Source: Tubiluchus corallicola (Eukaryota; Animalia; Priapulida). From it: DNA of 64,000 nucleotides. Positions 26,980 to 39,892 of this stretch are shown one piece after another. Made by a program: the position numbers and the translations under genes. The stretch covers positions 496,001 to 560,000 of the forward strand of contig JAQGDQ010000002.1 in the NCBI GenBank assembly GCA_030141605.1. The letters are read 5' to 3'. Under the pieces are notes generated by a model. It saw nothing but the letters and a program-made list of their open reading frames with translations. It was not told where the DNA came from and searched no databases. Position 1 is the stretch's first letter. Every line of letters starts with the position of its first letter.

Positions 26980-28780
26980 ATTCAGTTCGATTCAATTATA
27001 ATTTATTTATCTCTTTATAATACTACAATAAAACGTGATTAATAAAAGAATCGCTAATAAGTTTTGAAGAATGGTTAAAATAAATAGATAGTTCTAGAAC
27101 TAGAGAAAGGATAGCGAAAAGACTATAAAGTCACCTAGTCTGCTATCCTTTGCCGAATATAGATAAAATGATTTTTAGACAATGGTGGGCATTAATGTTA
27201 TCAGTTTAATTTAGGAAACATTAATAATTTTAAAATTATGACATTTGCTATATAATTAAGTAATCCAGAGTAAAGAAAATACATGTACTTTAATTAGTGG
27301 GCAACAAAATAAGGGCAGTCTTGATTAAACTAAAAATAGCATTTAGATTTTATGTGAAATACTTGTCAAATTTGTTATGAATGATAAAAATACTTTGGGT
27401 TAATAATCCAATTAATCAACAACAAGAGTTAAATACATTTTGATTTGAGTTCACCTTCATTATTTCTAGGCTTATTGATTAAAAACAAATCTACTGATTT
27501 GGACAATAATACTAAATAATATAATTCTCAATATACTGATAAGACAAACATTTAGCTATATAGGTTTTTTAGTAATTTTATAAAGGAGAGGTAAGACTTG
27601 TGCAATCTATGAACAACACCTGAAACTTTACTCATAAAATAGTACTGCAGTATGACTTTAATAATTACTCTGCTGTAAAGAAGAGAAGAAAGACAGAGTA
27701 TTTCCTGATATTTAGGATAATATCTGTAATAGCATCTGGATTAACTAATTTGAAGAAGTTATAAGTAACAGCGTTCAAAGTACGAATCGGTAGCTTTTTG
27801 TTCGATAATTGAGAAAAAATTTCATTGAGTATCAGAGTATATTTTCTGAGCCACAGATTCATGCCATGCTGTAGTGTTTTCAGTTTTATGAATATTAATG
27901 TAGTTAGGATTATTAAGTTAGGTAAAGAAAATAAAATATAGTTGAGCTTAACATTAATCAGCGTAAGTTAACAGCAATTGCTTTTTAAGTTTAGAGATCA
28001 AGATATAGATACTGTTAGAATCTTTAATATTACTGTTCAAACAATTCCAGAATTTAACAGTTTGATATTACTTAATCCATGAGTGGTACAGAATCTGGGC
28101 GTAAAATATGGACCACGAGTGGCAGATCTAGTTTCGTAGTTATTGATTTCAGATATGGTAGTAAAATAGTTAGAGAATAGTTCAGGTAAGTTCTTATTTA
28201 CAAAACGATGCATGAATTTAGTCAGCTGTAACTGGTAAATTTCATTAAGTTTTAACAGTTTAAGTTTTACATAAGAGGGTGTAGCATTAGCACGATATGG
28301 GCTAAATGTAATGATTTTCACTATCTTATTCTGGGCTGTAATGAGTGGTTTTAGGACAGATGTTTTTACAGTACCAAAGCACAGGATACAATACTAGAGA
28401 TAAGGATATGCAAGTGAGTAGTAAAGCATTCGTAAGATGAAGGTGTCTAAGAAATATCACAATTTCTTAGACCTCATCCATGTATTAGCACCATGTAAAA
28501 ATAGGTTCTTATCATCTGCAAACAACCGGACGTGGAAATCAGAACAGTGTGCCAAATCATTGATGTAAAATTAAGAAAAAAGGGGGCCTAATGTAGAACC
28601 TTGCGGAACTCCACATCTTATGCTAGTGATATCCGAGTGGGTTTTGTTTATGCAAGTATATTGCTTACGATTAGTAAGGTACGATTTTAGTAGTTCCAGT
28701 GGGGTACCCCTAATACCATAATGTTCGAGTTTGTTTAATAGTATGTGATGCTATACGGTATCAAATGCCTTTGAAGACTT
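26980..28780 (-). mobile_element. 5'-truncated, degenerate L2/Crack-like non-LTR retrotransposon in an MPP5 intron
   Basis: Minus-strand RT motifs KAFDTV, KLEHYGIRG, SYLTNRKQ, GVPQGSTLGP, YIND, LFADD and C-terminal NYETRSA; stem-loop at about 27105-27150 and TTGAA-like tail near 26980-27010. The 3' boundary is approximate. Confidence 0.8.
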
Positions 28781-29447
28781 AAAAAGTCATAAAATAGTAT
28801 TGCAATAGTACATTGGCTTAAATTGCTTACTAGGCTTCCTGTATCCTAAGTTATAGTCTGTAATGTAGAGCCTGTTCGGTTAAATTGATAGAAGCGATAC
28901 AGGAAATTGTGAGCCTGTATATAATTAAAAAGTGAACGGCTAATAAATCACACTGAAAATTTTAGTATTATATTCTATTTTACAAATTCAATGAAAATGT
29001 GCAAAGTTCTGTCTTATTAAAGGGAATTGCTTTTAACAGCCATACTGTCAATTAAGTCTTAAATAAAACACTGCAAAATTTGTAATAGGTTTTTTGTTGA
29101 ACACCATTGTCAGGTTGTGACTTAAAAATGTACCAAACGAATTTAAATCATTGTTTCTCATTATAACTTTATGGTCATGGACTTCATAAAAAATCCCTGA
29201 GGAAAAATTTGATTACTCTGACACACTTTATATTTGTTGTGCATAGATAAAAACTTATTTTGGCCGGCAGGATAACCTGATGTATTTGTGAATTTTTATT
29301 AGGTCATTTAGGTGACAAAAAAGTTGTTGTAACTTACAATTTGTGTTACCATATTGTACCATATTGTAAGTACATATTTAAGCTTTTGTAGCATGTACGT
29401 GCAGTACTAGCACATAATAATTTGTGCGTTATTTTGCTCTTTTGCAG

Positions 29448-29566
29448 TCCTCCGGTGTCTGGAGAAGTCAATCCTGCCTATGAAGATGAAGACAGTCGAA
29501 GCAGTGGATCCTCGGGAGCGGTTAGAGCAGACATGATAGGAACGCCACCCCCTCGCAAACCCGTTG
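29448..29566 (+). CDS. MPP5: MPP5-like exon (linker, GEVNPAYEDE)
   Basis: ttttgcag| ... G|gtaaat; phase 2 to 1 fits the neighbouring exons. Confidence 0.85.
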
Positions 29567-30241
29567 GTAAATTACATTCCAAATATAGTTATGAACCTAG
29601 ATTTATGTTCAGCATATATAACAGAGCTGCCAGGGACATTAAATACCATCCTGAAATTAAATCTGCTTTTTGATTTGGAGTACTTTTTAGATGCTGTCAG
29701 ATTTTTTGGGTGTATATCTTTGTTTTGCTGCAGAATTATTTCAGTTTAATATAGTCGCTTTAAAAAGCTTTCTTGATTTTCATTCATTGTAATTTTGCAT
29801 TTAATTTGACATCACAAAAGTTATGTTTAATCACATTTTGCAAAAAAATTGGCAGGTTAAAGTTTTCAAATTACAGGTTAATATGAGCACTGTTTAATCA
29901 CATGCGTATAGGTATTTTTTCTATTACGTATATGAAAAGTGGTAATTCCCAGAACTTGCTTGTTTCTGTTTCTTTTGGTGGTGTAGATTTCTAAAAATAG
30001 CAAAAATTATTTGCAACATAAGCTTAAAAATTTTATGGTAATCAAACATCAGCTTTTACCAATTTTTGTAGACTGTATAATGTATTGAATTAAGTCCATA
30101 TTCTTTAAATTGATGTTTTACTTCAGGAGAAAGTAGATTTACAAATTTGATCCTAGTTTGCATTTTTGCAAAAGTAATGCCAGTGTTAATTGGAGCTTTT
30201 TTCGTGAGCTGATAGTTCTTAATGCATTTTTCATATTTCAG

Positions 30242-30450
30242 CAATGGAGGAATTGTTAACATCTCTTACACACATTCAAAGTAAGTTGGCACATTCGGAC
30301 CATAAAGAAGACGTCACCTTTCTCACGCAATTGTTCAAGAACAGTGAATTTCAGAGAGCTGTGAGTCTACATAATAGCGTAATGGACATACTAGCCCAAC
30401 ACGAAGTACGAGTACCGGCAAGTGCAGAGGCTGCTGACTTGTCTTTAGAG
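30242..30450 (+). CDS. MPP5: MPP5-like exon, L27N domain
   Basis: tttcag| AMEELLTSL...DVTFLTQLFKNSEFQRAVSLHN...LE |gtaaat. Confidence 0.92.
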
Positions 30451-31912
30451 GTAAATTTTACCACGAGCTGATGATTCTCTCAACTTAAAACTTCCATTTG
30501 CATATACTAAATGAGTTTTAACTGTTTAGTCGCTTGTTACTTGTGTGTGCTTACTGCTTGGCATTCATAATGTATGAAGTACACCACTTATAGAGTGAGA
30601 ACATTCAAAAATCGTGGTCTACAATGAACAAACACGTTGATTGCAGTAATAACAAGCATGTCTGTTATTCTACAGGAAGAAACTCATGTTTCTTGTTACA
30701 GCAGATATCTTTTGTTCTGCAGAAAAAATGGGTATTTGTTGTTATTACAACCATAATGTTTTTGTTCTTTGTAAGACTGAGGTTACTGCTGCAGAATCGC
30801 AGCTAGTTTCCTAGCAACATGCCTTGAGTGTATACTGTTAGCATTAAAGGAAAACGAGATGATTTTTTGTATCCTACCTGATTTTGAAGTATGGTAATAA
30901 GCATGCATTTTAACACATATAAAAATGCCAATGTTTCTGATAATTAAATATTAGCTCACAAACTTGTCAGAACTAAACATATTTTTGTAGTGACACAAAC
31001 ATTCCATGAGAGTGTTGCATGCATTTGTAAAAGCAAAAATTGAAATACAGTGCTGCTGTACAGCACTGGCTATGATTTCACCAATTCAGCAAATTTCTAG
31101 TTAAAAATATAAATTCAAACCTACCGCTGTGCCAATTTGCGATTTCACCATAAGTGTGCGTTATGTCAGAACTGAACTTAGAGGTAGCACCTGTCTTTTG
31201 TGCAACGCCTTTCCGTGTACAGACATGGTGTCCGTCTAACTAGCTAATAGTGAAATGCATGGAACAGCAAAAAAACTAATGGTGTGAACACGAAATTAAA
31301 GTTCCATGGTAATAATTCCTTTACGTAAGCCATTCTTGAAAAAACAATATTTTCCCTTTTAATATTTTAAAAATTATGAGCTATAGTTTAACGTTGGGTT
31401 TGGTTTTCCTTTAACAAATCTCATGTAACGAGATCGACAGTTCACTCTTTTAGTATATTTTGCTTTGCCAATTGAGCATCAATAGATAACTGGAATAGTG
31501 TGCACGGTTAAAGTAGTGACCTATTGTCAGCTGCTTGCAAGTTACAAGGTATATTCTACTGTACGTGATGCACAGATTTGAGTTTGAACGAGGATTGATG
31601 TCCAGGAGACCTGTTTGTCCAGTTTAAAGTCATAGTAAATGTCCTTTTTCAAGTGGATTCCTTTTCTATATTTATTTTATTTTGTTAATTACGCGAACAT
31701 GCAATGATAGGTAGTGTGCATACATTTTCAGTCTGATTGTAAATCAAACATGATATGAAGTGTAGATGTGCATATGGAGTTATAAATTTTAATTTCAGCA
31801 AGCTTACCATGAATGTAATGTACTATAACTATTAAAAATGTCTACTGTCACGAAGCAAGTATAGATTCTAACGATAAGTAATGATAATACTATATGATAC
31901 TTGTATTTGTAG

Positions 31913-32032
31913 GTTCGCAGTATGATTAAGACAATTCACTCTCCTTATGCCCGTGAACTTGGTCATCTGCTAGGTAAACCAGAAATGCAGGGTTTGCTGC
32001 ATGCACACGATCAACTTGCACTCTGCTCACAG
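31913..32032 (+). CDS. MPP5: MPP5-like exon, L27C domain
   Basis: ttgtag| VRSMIK...ARELGHLLGKPEMQGLLHAHDQLA..Q |gtaact. Confidence 0.92.
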
Positions 32033-32957
32033 GTAACTTACTGTGTACATTCATATCTGGGTTCGCCGGACCTCACTTTTACAGCTATCGGAAAAAAAAC
32101 GCTAATATCTCGACCATTAAAAAGTCCCGCATACTACGGACACAGTCCGTTGTTTCAAGAGCTGACCACTAGTTGGCCGGCCATCACTTTGTTTACATCA
32201 CATTACATCAGTGTAACCAAACAGCGTGTTACGACACGTGTAGCTTGTATGTCAGCATGTTTAAGTGGTTTAATCATCGTGTTTAATTGTAAAGTTTTCA
32301 TACATAGGAACTTTTGCATAGGAGTGGCCTATACTAGACGTTTTTGAGACAATTGGACGATTGATTCTACATTTATGTGTGTCTAATACACGGTACCTAA
32401 TGCATTAGCTTAGTATCGGTAATTACAGACATTCGGACCGACATCTTTCCACTTTTGTTTAGCAAACCAAGATATGAGTGTATAATGTTTTGAAACCATA
32501 TAATATTTTTAAACAGCCTACAGTATTTTGCAGTAACTGACATAATTTAGTGGCCAAACAAGCATTTGAGACTTTTTTGTTTGCCTGCCCACCTTGTTGT
32601 TATATATAATATTGTTTCTGAAATGAAGATACTGAAAATTATATGAATGCTACTAAATGTTAATTAAAATTTTTTTAACATTTACATCAGTTTGATGTGT
32701 TTGCAATTTGTAATTAATGATTAAACTGTCAAACAAAATTGCCAGCAAAAATGCGACAGGCCCATATGGTAGCTGTGCCTGTTACAACTGCTCAAAGAAT
32801 GAAAAACATTCTTTGAAATCATCATTTTACATTATACTATATATAAAAAAAGAACTGAGGAAAGTTGGATCACTGTCACCACCATCGACTGTTAAAGAAA
32901 GTCATTCTGTCTTATACAGAGACTGATGATTTTTCTTTTGTTTTACTCATTCAATAG

Positions 32958-33135
32958 GATGCACCGGTTACACCAGAATATGATGAAATACTAGATACAT
33001 CACATTATGGTGATGCAAACATAAGAATTGTGCGGATAGAAAAGACCAGTGAACCACTAGGTGCAACAGTTCGTAATGACGGCAATTCTGTAATTGTGGG
33101 TCGGATTGTCAAAGGTGGAGCAGCAGAGAAATCTG
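32958..33135 (+). CDS. MPP5: MPP5-like exon, PDZ domain first half
   Basis: caatag| DAPVTPEY...[39 protein letters not shown]|gtatgt. Confidence 0.94.
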
Positions 33136-34039
33136 GTATGTCAGTGTTATATAGATTTTACTAAGTTCTATAGCTTATGCACTTGATTAAATATGTGCAT
33201 ACTTCAGTCAAATCCACTCGGTTCGTAACTGCCAGACTCTGGACAAAGCGAAATGCACTAACGGTTAAGTGAATTCCCAGTTTCTAAATACCCGATTGTG
33301 TTCATATTGTGGATGAGTGGGAAAATCCAACTTGACTTTGAGTTCTGATATGAGATGAGTGAAATTGACTTGATAATCAGTACACACATATTTGAGTTAC
33401 AACATAAATATTTCCTAGATCCAGATTCCAATTTTTCTTTACAAATTGTTTAACCAAGTTCTCCAGCATCAGTTATACTATCAAAACTACTATTTTTTAA
33501 ACTCTATCACCTAGAAAACCAACTAGTAACTAGACAGTTTTTCTGTTTAATAGAACTGGGTAATAGGATTAGAAGTAAAAGATCTTACCTCTACAACAAA
33601 GTATTTTTATTTATTTTATTTTATTTGAGTGCTTTGTATGTCAGCTTGGCTGTATACATTTAATGACTGTAGCTGTCCAGCATTAATTTTTTAACATGCA
33701 AGTTTGTTTAGCCAAGACTTAAAAAACTGCTGGAACTTGTAACTTTGAAGTTAGAAGTTGATGTGCAGTAATATGACGCTATGAAATTTCAACCATTCAG
33801 GTTACTTGCTTCTAAAATTATTGCAGCCAAAACTTTGGCACGTTTTTTCTAAGCCACCCGATATAAGTTGATTGGGCCTTGCAACTGTATACCAAGAAAC
33901 TGATTTAGAAAGCTGCAGGGTTATTATGGGGTTTGAAATTCACATGTAATTGTGCTAAGTTAATTAATGTGTTTATGAGAAATTTTCCTGTTTTTGTTTT
34001 CACTCGTTTTACTATGAATGTGGCACCATTTTTTTCTAG

Positions 34040-34125
34040 GCCTAATTCATGAAGGTGATGAGATATTAGAAATCAACGGCATTGATATGCAAGGCAAATC
34101 AGTGAACGAAGTCTGTGATATAATG
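34040..34125 (+). CDS. MPP5: MPP5-like exon, PDZ domain second half
   Basis: ttttctag| (G)[28 protein letters not shown] |gtaagt. Confidence 0.94.
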
Positions 34126-35332
34126 GTAAGTACTTTAACTTAGGTGTTTTGTGCTTGAAAAATTTTGAAAATGCTGCATATCGAAGGATCATAAATAAGA
34201 ACTAACATAACTGTACTGATGTTGCTTTCATTGTGCTTGTTATTGCCATTAACACTATCCTTTTTATTGTCTTGTGACTTCTAAAATGCGCTTTGGTTTT
34301 ATCCATACATATTAGGCTTAGTATTTGCGTGTTAGATAAAGTTCATTCAACCCTGGAACACAGTCGTCCGGAATAATAAAATTGAAACACTTTATTAATC
34401 AGCAGATGAATTTTTGGCCCTTATCTAAATTTTCACAATCTAGTGAATGTATTTGTATCGAATTTGCCAGAATGGTCTGCTTCAGTAAAACTGTGTTATA
34501 TCCCATTTGTTTGAATTTAGTTGTGCAATCATTTAAAGTCTTGAGGGTGACCTGTTTACAAGCGTGACTTAATTGTCTACTAGACCGAGATAGATTGAAG
34601 ACGTGTAGTTAATGAAAAGACTAGTCTGTGTTTAAGGGCTTGACAAGTAATTTATAGTTTTATTGCATTCCAGTATTTTTTAGTTGCATTTCATCACACG
34701 AAATTGCATCTGAGCATATAAGCTTTGCTTGCAGCATATTTAGTGGCCAGACTAACCTGCTAAACTAAACTTTACCACTTACTCGAAAAATTAAGAAATT
34801 ATCATTTTAATTATGTACGACTCACTGCCTATTATATTCATTATTATTTAAAAAATGTTCACCATCTACACATACGTAATTATGATTATGAATACAAATA
34901 AAGTTTAACTAATTATGCACTTAACTGAAGTTGCATCTTTTAAAAAAAATGATATTGATATTTACTGCACCTATTTCAGGAGGCAAAAAAGGCTACTTCA
35001 TTATTTTTTTAGTGTGGAAGTAGATAATATTGTGCACTGTGATTAATTTTTAATGGCTTTTACGTATCCTACACGTTTAATTAGTAAAGTCATCAAAGAA
35101 TTGTTTATTTTGATATTTTGCCCTAGCATCTTATGAACAGCACGGTACTTAATAATGCAACAGATATTGGAACATTTGGTATCATAATTAATTGCACTCT
35201 TTCTTTATCTGAGCTACTTCTAGAACTATTTTATTTCACAGTTTTACAAATTGTTGTTTTAGATTCTCATTCCATTTAACTTTGCTTTAGCTGCTTGCCA
35301 GTAATAAATAAGAATTTTTGTGGTGTTTACAG

Positions 35333-35613
35333 GCAACCTTGACTGGGCAATTAACGTTTCTCATCATCCCTAGCAAAGATCATGTGGAATATAACAGGTC
35401 CCGGGACATCATGGTTCATGTGAAGGCTCATTTTAACTATGATCCGGAAGATGACTTGTACATTCCGTGCCGAGAACTCGGGATTAGCTTCATGAAGGGG
35501 GATATTCTTCATGTCATTAATCAGGAAGATGCAAATTGGTGGCAAGCTTACCGGGAGGGAGAAGAAGATCAAGCACTTGCTGGCCTTATACCCAGCCGTA
35601 GTTTTACCCAACA
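35333..35613 (+). CDS. MPP5: MPP5-like exon, end of PDZ plus SH3 domain
   Basis: ttacag| [13 protein letters not shown]...[45 protein letters not shown]...LAGLIPS; CA|gtgagt. Confidence 0.95.
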
Positions 35614-36700
35614 GTGAGTATATGCATAAATACCTTTGGACAATCTGTTTACATTTTAATCTTTGCCTGCCATTGTTGGGATGCACAAACACCCCAAATG
35701 CTTTTATTAAGTCATACATTTTACTTTAAGGCTACCAGCGCCTGTCTTCTTTTCCCCTAATCAATATTTTTATAAAAAGCATATTAATGAAACTCATTTT
35801 AGACTGCACATCATGTTTTAAGTTCCTTGATTAAATTTTATCATAGCTCAGGCTAGCAGTAGTTGAAAGAAATCACATATCACTAGATAATTATGCAACG
35901 TTATTTTATCCACTACATTGGCCCAATTTATTCAGAAATTTATATGCCTCTGATTATGTTCTTATGCATAAGTTGCATAAGTAATATGTCACATTCAAAA
36001 AGATTATAATCTTAAATTTAGTTTGTATTTAAGCCTTCCAAAATCCAAACGCCCTCCAATGTAGAAGAATTGTTTGTAGGTTTTCCCCCTCATCCCTTAC
36101 CTGAATTATGAAGTCTTACTCATTTTTTTCTCTTCTTGGTTTTTCACATAGCTTATCAACAAGTACTGATATATCTATATCTATATATATATATATACAT
36201 ACTAATTCAGTCATGTAGCCAAAAGTAAAGCCACTAATATAAATAGCACAGCAGTGCTAATTTTTTACTAAAGCATTTTCACACTTTTGTTAGTTTAATA
36301 TGTGCTTGAATAGGTGCTGTTAGGCAAGAGTTTGAATTTTATCTTGTTTGCAACGAAGTATTATGACTGATTTTTTACCATATGTACATCCTGTGCAATA
36401 TGCATGCTATGTAACAGTAATAATTTACTTCATCTATTAATTTTTGTGGTCCTGTATTTAATTGGCCATTACATTCAAATTTTCAATTGTGCATCTTTCA
36501 AAGTATTTTTAAACAAAATCACTTTGCAGTACCTGGTGTGTTATTGAAGATATTATTGTCTACTGTTTTTTAACATGAGCGAATAGGCATCTATATATAT
36601 CAGAGTAATACTTTATATGTATTAATAATAATGTTTTTTATATTACAAAAATCCTATTTTTGGTTTTCCATTCTAACTGCCTTTGTTGCTTTTTTGACAG

Positions 36701-36762
36701 ACGAGAATCAATGCGGCAGACTATATCTGGAGATAGTGACAGCAGCCGAGATAAGAAAAAAA
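36701..36762 (+). CDS. MPP5: MPP5-like exon, HOOK region 1
   Basis: ttgacag| RESMRQTISGDSDSSRDKKK A|gtaatg; phase 2 to 1. Confidence 0.85.
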
Positions 36763-37011
36763 GTAATGTGTTTTCATTGGAAAGTTTTTTTTATTTAGTA
36801 ACTGGTCTGCAATGTAAATATGCTTATAATAAAAATATTCCAAGTAGTAAAAAGTTAATTGCTTCCTCCAAGATTTTAGCAGAAATTTTAATGCTTTACG
36901 CTTTTAATGCTATTAGTAACTTACTCGTTTTCAATGTTTGAAATATCAGAACAAAGTTTGGAGAATTTAAGTTATGTATCAGAGTATGTTTTTAATCAAA
37001 TTTTGTTATAG

Positions 37012-37083
37012 ATAAGATGTTGTGTGCACGGAAGCACTCAAAGAAAAAGAAGAAGTCTCCGTACAATAGCCAATTTAGTGAAG
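37012..37083 (+). CDS. MPP5: MPP5-like exon, HOOK region 2 (basic)
   Basis: gttatag| KMLCARKHSKKKKKSPYNSQFSE G|gtaaga; phase 1 to 1. Confidence 0.87.
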
Positions 37084-37618
37084 GTAAGAGAATGTTATGA
37101 TTTCAATTTTTGTATTAATGATTTTTGCATTTTACTCGACAAATGTGTAGGTCCTAAGATGTGATGAATGATGACTGGGGTAGACATTTGAAATGCTGTT
37201 TTATTCATAGTTGTTTTTACCCAGATCAATTTTCGTTAATTTCATAGTTTGCAGTGTAGTGCGGAAAATCTTTGACTAGTTTACTGATTCCAATGTGCCT
37301 CGTAGTTTTTTCCACTGTCAAAATTAATGTTATGCACTGAAAAATGAAGTGGCTGAAGACACATGTCTAGCATTTCCAGACACACTCAATGAAATTGTGC
37401 CTTACTGGGTCATGATTTCTGGCTTAAATTCCAATTACTAAGTTTGCAACTACTTGTCTAAAAATTACATTACCCTGCCAGCATTGTGTTAGTTGTTTAC
37501 TATTCAACTATTTATTATTCAAGTAAGAAGTAACTAGGAATTTTTGCAACTAAACAGTTTGTTTTGTTTTGCAGAACAAAAAAAGTGGTGCAACTATACT
37601 ATACTAATTATTTTCCAG

Positions 37619-37786
37619 ATTACGATGTTGAAGAGATCTTAACCTATGAAGAGGTGACACTGTATTTTCCCCGCCAAGAATGGAAACGTCCAATTGTTCT
37701 TATCGGCCCTCAAAATATTGGTCGCCATGAGTTACGGCAACGTTTGATGGAAAGTGACATATCAAGATTTGCAGCAGCTATTCCTC
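37619..37786 (+). CDS. MPP5: MPP5-like exon, start of GUK domain
   Basis: ttttccag| [13 protein letters not shown]...[29 protein letters not shown]|gtatgt. Confidence 0.94.
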
Positions 37787-38163
37787 GTATGTATTCTGCT
37801 TATATTCTTTTCACAAATTTGATCGTAGTTCCTAAACTCACGTGAATTTTCCAATTTCGCTAAAGTTTTTGTTTGAATCTTAAGTAAATTGCTATTTAAT
37901 AGAAATTTATCACATGCAGAGGCAGTGTGAAAAATGATGTAGTTGGTGCAACAAGTTCGTAAGAACCAATAATCTGAATGCTACCATTGTAATATGATGT
38001 TCAGTTAAACGTATTCACAAAACCATTAAGCAATTTCATTGAAGTGATGTTATACATTTCATTTAACTAGTATTGTGTGTTTGCATACAAAAAACATTTA
38101 GATCAGCTTTAGCAAAAACTGGAACTAAATTAATTTCTTGCATTGATCTTTCGTTTTTCTAAG

Positions 38164-38366
38164 ACACCAGCCGGCCGAAAAAGGATTCAGAAATAGACGG
38201 AGTTCATTATCATTTCGTTCCACGACATACTTTTGAAGCAGACATCTTAGCTCACAAGTTTGTGGAACATGGCGAATATGAAAAGAACTATTATGGCACA
38301 AGTCTTGCATCTATACGACGAGTAATTAACGATGGCAAGATATGTGTATTAAACTTGCAGCCTCAA
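38164..38366 (+). CDS. MPP5: MPP5-like exon, GUK domain (second in-frame donor at 38396)
   Basis: ttctaag| [19 protein letters not shown]...[15 protein letters not shown]...[11 protein letters not shown] |gtaaca; a second donor CAG|gtaaga lies 30 nt downstream. Confidence 0.9.
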
Positions 38367-39278
38367 GTAACAAGTCTCCCAGCTGGCATGACTCAGGTAA
38401 GAGTTAGTTGATGCAAATTCATATGAGATGAATTGATTTTCTGCTAAGTAATATTGTTGCTTGCTCATTAAAAGTTTAGTGCAAATTGTGAGGTTTAATG
38501 TGGTCTGAAACCATGAGATCTTGGATTCGAATCTTGGTTGACTGACAATTTTTCAGAGCCTTCCCCGTAAATTTGACTTTTGATTATTAGCACTGCACAT
38601 GATAAAGGTTTTTGAGCAAAATATCTTGTTATTATATTGCAGAAACTTTTATTACCTATGGACAAAAAAATGTACTGCATATTAGCATGCATTTGTAATA
38701 AATGGAAAATTGTAAAGTTGCATGCCATTCTGCAAATGCAAAAGACCTCTTGAAAATCTAAAGAAATTTACAAATAATTCTTTTGGTACAATGTCCAACA
38801 TTTTGACCATAATCATCAGCAAGCTTTGTTTTATTAATTTTCTAACTTGATATCCAGCTCACCAGCTTTAAATACAAACTCATTTCGCCAGTATACATGC
38901 GTGTTGTTAGGTTATCAACTTTATCCCTTTTGCAAAGTTGCCCTTTTGTTTTCAACTTCTTTGTTTTTCCGTTGCGCTCATCTTTCTAGTTATAACTTCG
39001 TTACTTTGCGAGTTACAATAAAGTTGTTAAATTTATTCTTGTCGTCTTGGTGGTGTTTGAGACAGAGCTGGTACATTCTTTAATTAATGGCGTTTGGTAA
39101 AGTGCAGCATGACATAGAAAGTTTGTGGTAATATTACGCAATGTCTGATGAATTAGTTTATTAAAAACTTTAGTAATAGTTTAACTTTACAAACTCATAA
39201 TTTAGTAAAAAAATAATTATGCAGCCTCTTTCCTTGCTTAATATGAATATGCTAATCTTTTTATTTGTTATTTTCCAG

Positions 39279-39389
39279 TCATTGAAAATACTGAAAGGAT
39301 CTGATTTGATGCCATATATAATATTTATAGCGCCACCTGGTTTAGAAAAATTACGACAAATGCGACTAAAGATTGGCTTGACGACTAAG
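39279..39389 (+). CDS. MPP5: MPP5-like exon, GUK domain
   Basis: ttttccag| [27 protein letters not shown]...K |gtatat. Confidence 0.93.
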
Positions 39390-39709
39390 GTATATCAACG
39401 TTAATTTGAAGATAAATTTTTTGTAACTTTTATTAGTGTAATTAGCTAATTAAATTATTAAGCCAGTCAGGTCAATTTTGAGAAGCAGAATATTATCAGA
39501 AGTAGCTATGTGCAAAAAATTTCCATCCATAATATTATCTAAGTAATTTTGTATTGCATAATGTTGTTACAGTATAGTGATCAGATGATTTGAGCATGGG
39601 GTTGCCCGGAGACCATTTTTTAATTACTTTTGTTTTGTCAGGTACATTTTTTTAGTTTAATGTCGGTTTCATTAATATTTTTATTGTTCAATTTATTCGA
39701 ACCTTTTAG

Positions 39710-39892
39710 GATGAAGAGCTAAAGAAGGTTATAGAAGAAGCCAGAGAAATGGAAGAAGTATTCGGCCATTATTTTGACTACGTGATTGTAAACTCAGATC
39801 TTGATCGAGCATATGATGAGTTGTGTCACGAGATTACACGTATTGAAACAGAACCTCAGTGGATTCCAGCTTCGTGGGTTGTAAACAGCTAG
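39710..39892 (+). CDS. MPP5: MPP5-like terminal coding exon
   Basis: cttttag| DEELKKVIEEAREMEEVFGHYFDYVIVNSDLDRAYDEL...EPQWIPASWVVNS-TAG. Confidence 0.94.
   Translation, partial: DEELKKVIEEAREMEEVFGHYFDYVIVNSDLDRAYDELCHEITRIETEPQWIPASWVVNS

Larger units (their letters stand above)
8551..39892 (+). other. MPP5: Gene span: MAGUK p55 subfamily member 5 / PALS1 / Stardust-like (5'-incomplete), 15 coding exons found
   Basis: Exons join in phase with GT-AG sites. Domain order is PDZ fragment, ECR1-like HRELPVDVP, ECR2-like EFLRTSLRGSKKLQAL, L27N, L27C, PDZ (EPLGATV), SH3 ([10 protein letters not shown]...WWQA), basic HOOK and GUK ending EPQWIPASW. Exons from 26150 sum to 2513 nt and stay in frame to TAG. 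Confidence 0.93.

Noticed and set aside
33720-33865. Single mariner-like terminus (...GCCACCCGATATA)
   Set aside because: No partner TIR found, so an element cannot be delimited
37561-37618. Alternative MPP5 acceptor TTTTGCAG at 37574
   Set aside because: Lies 44 nt upstream of the homologous acceptor and would frameshift the GUK domain
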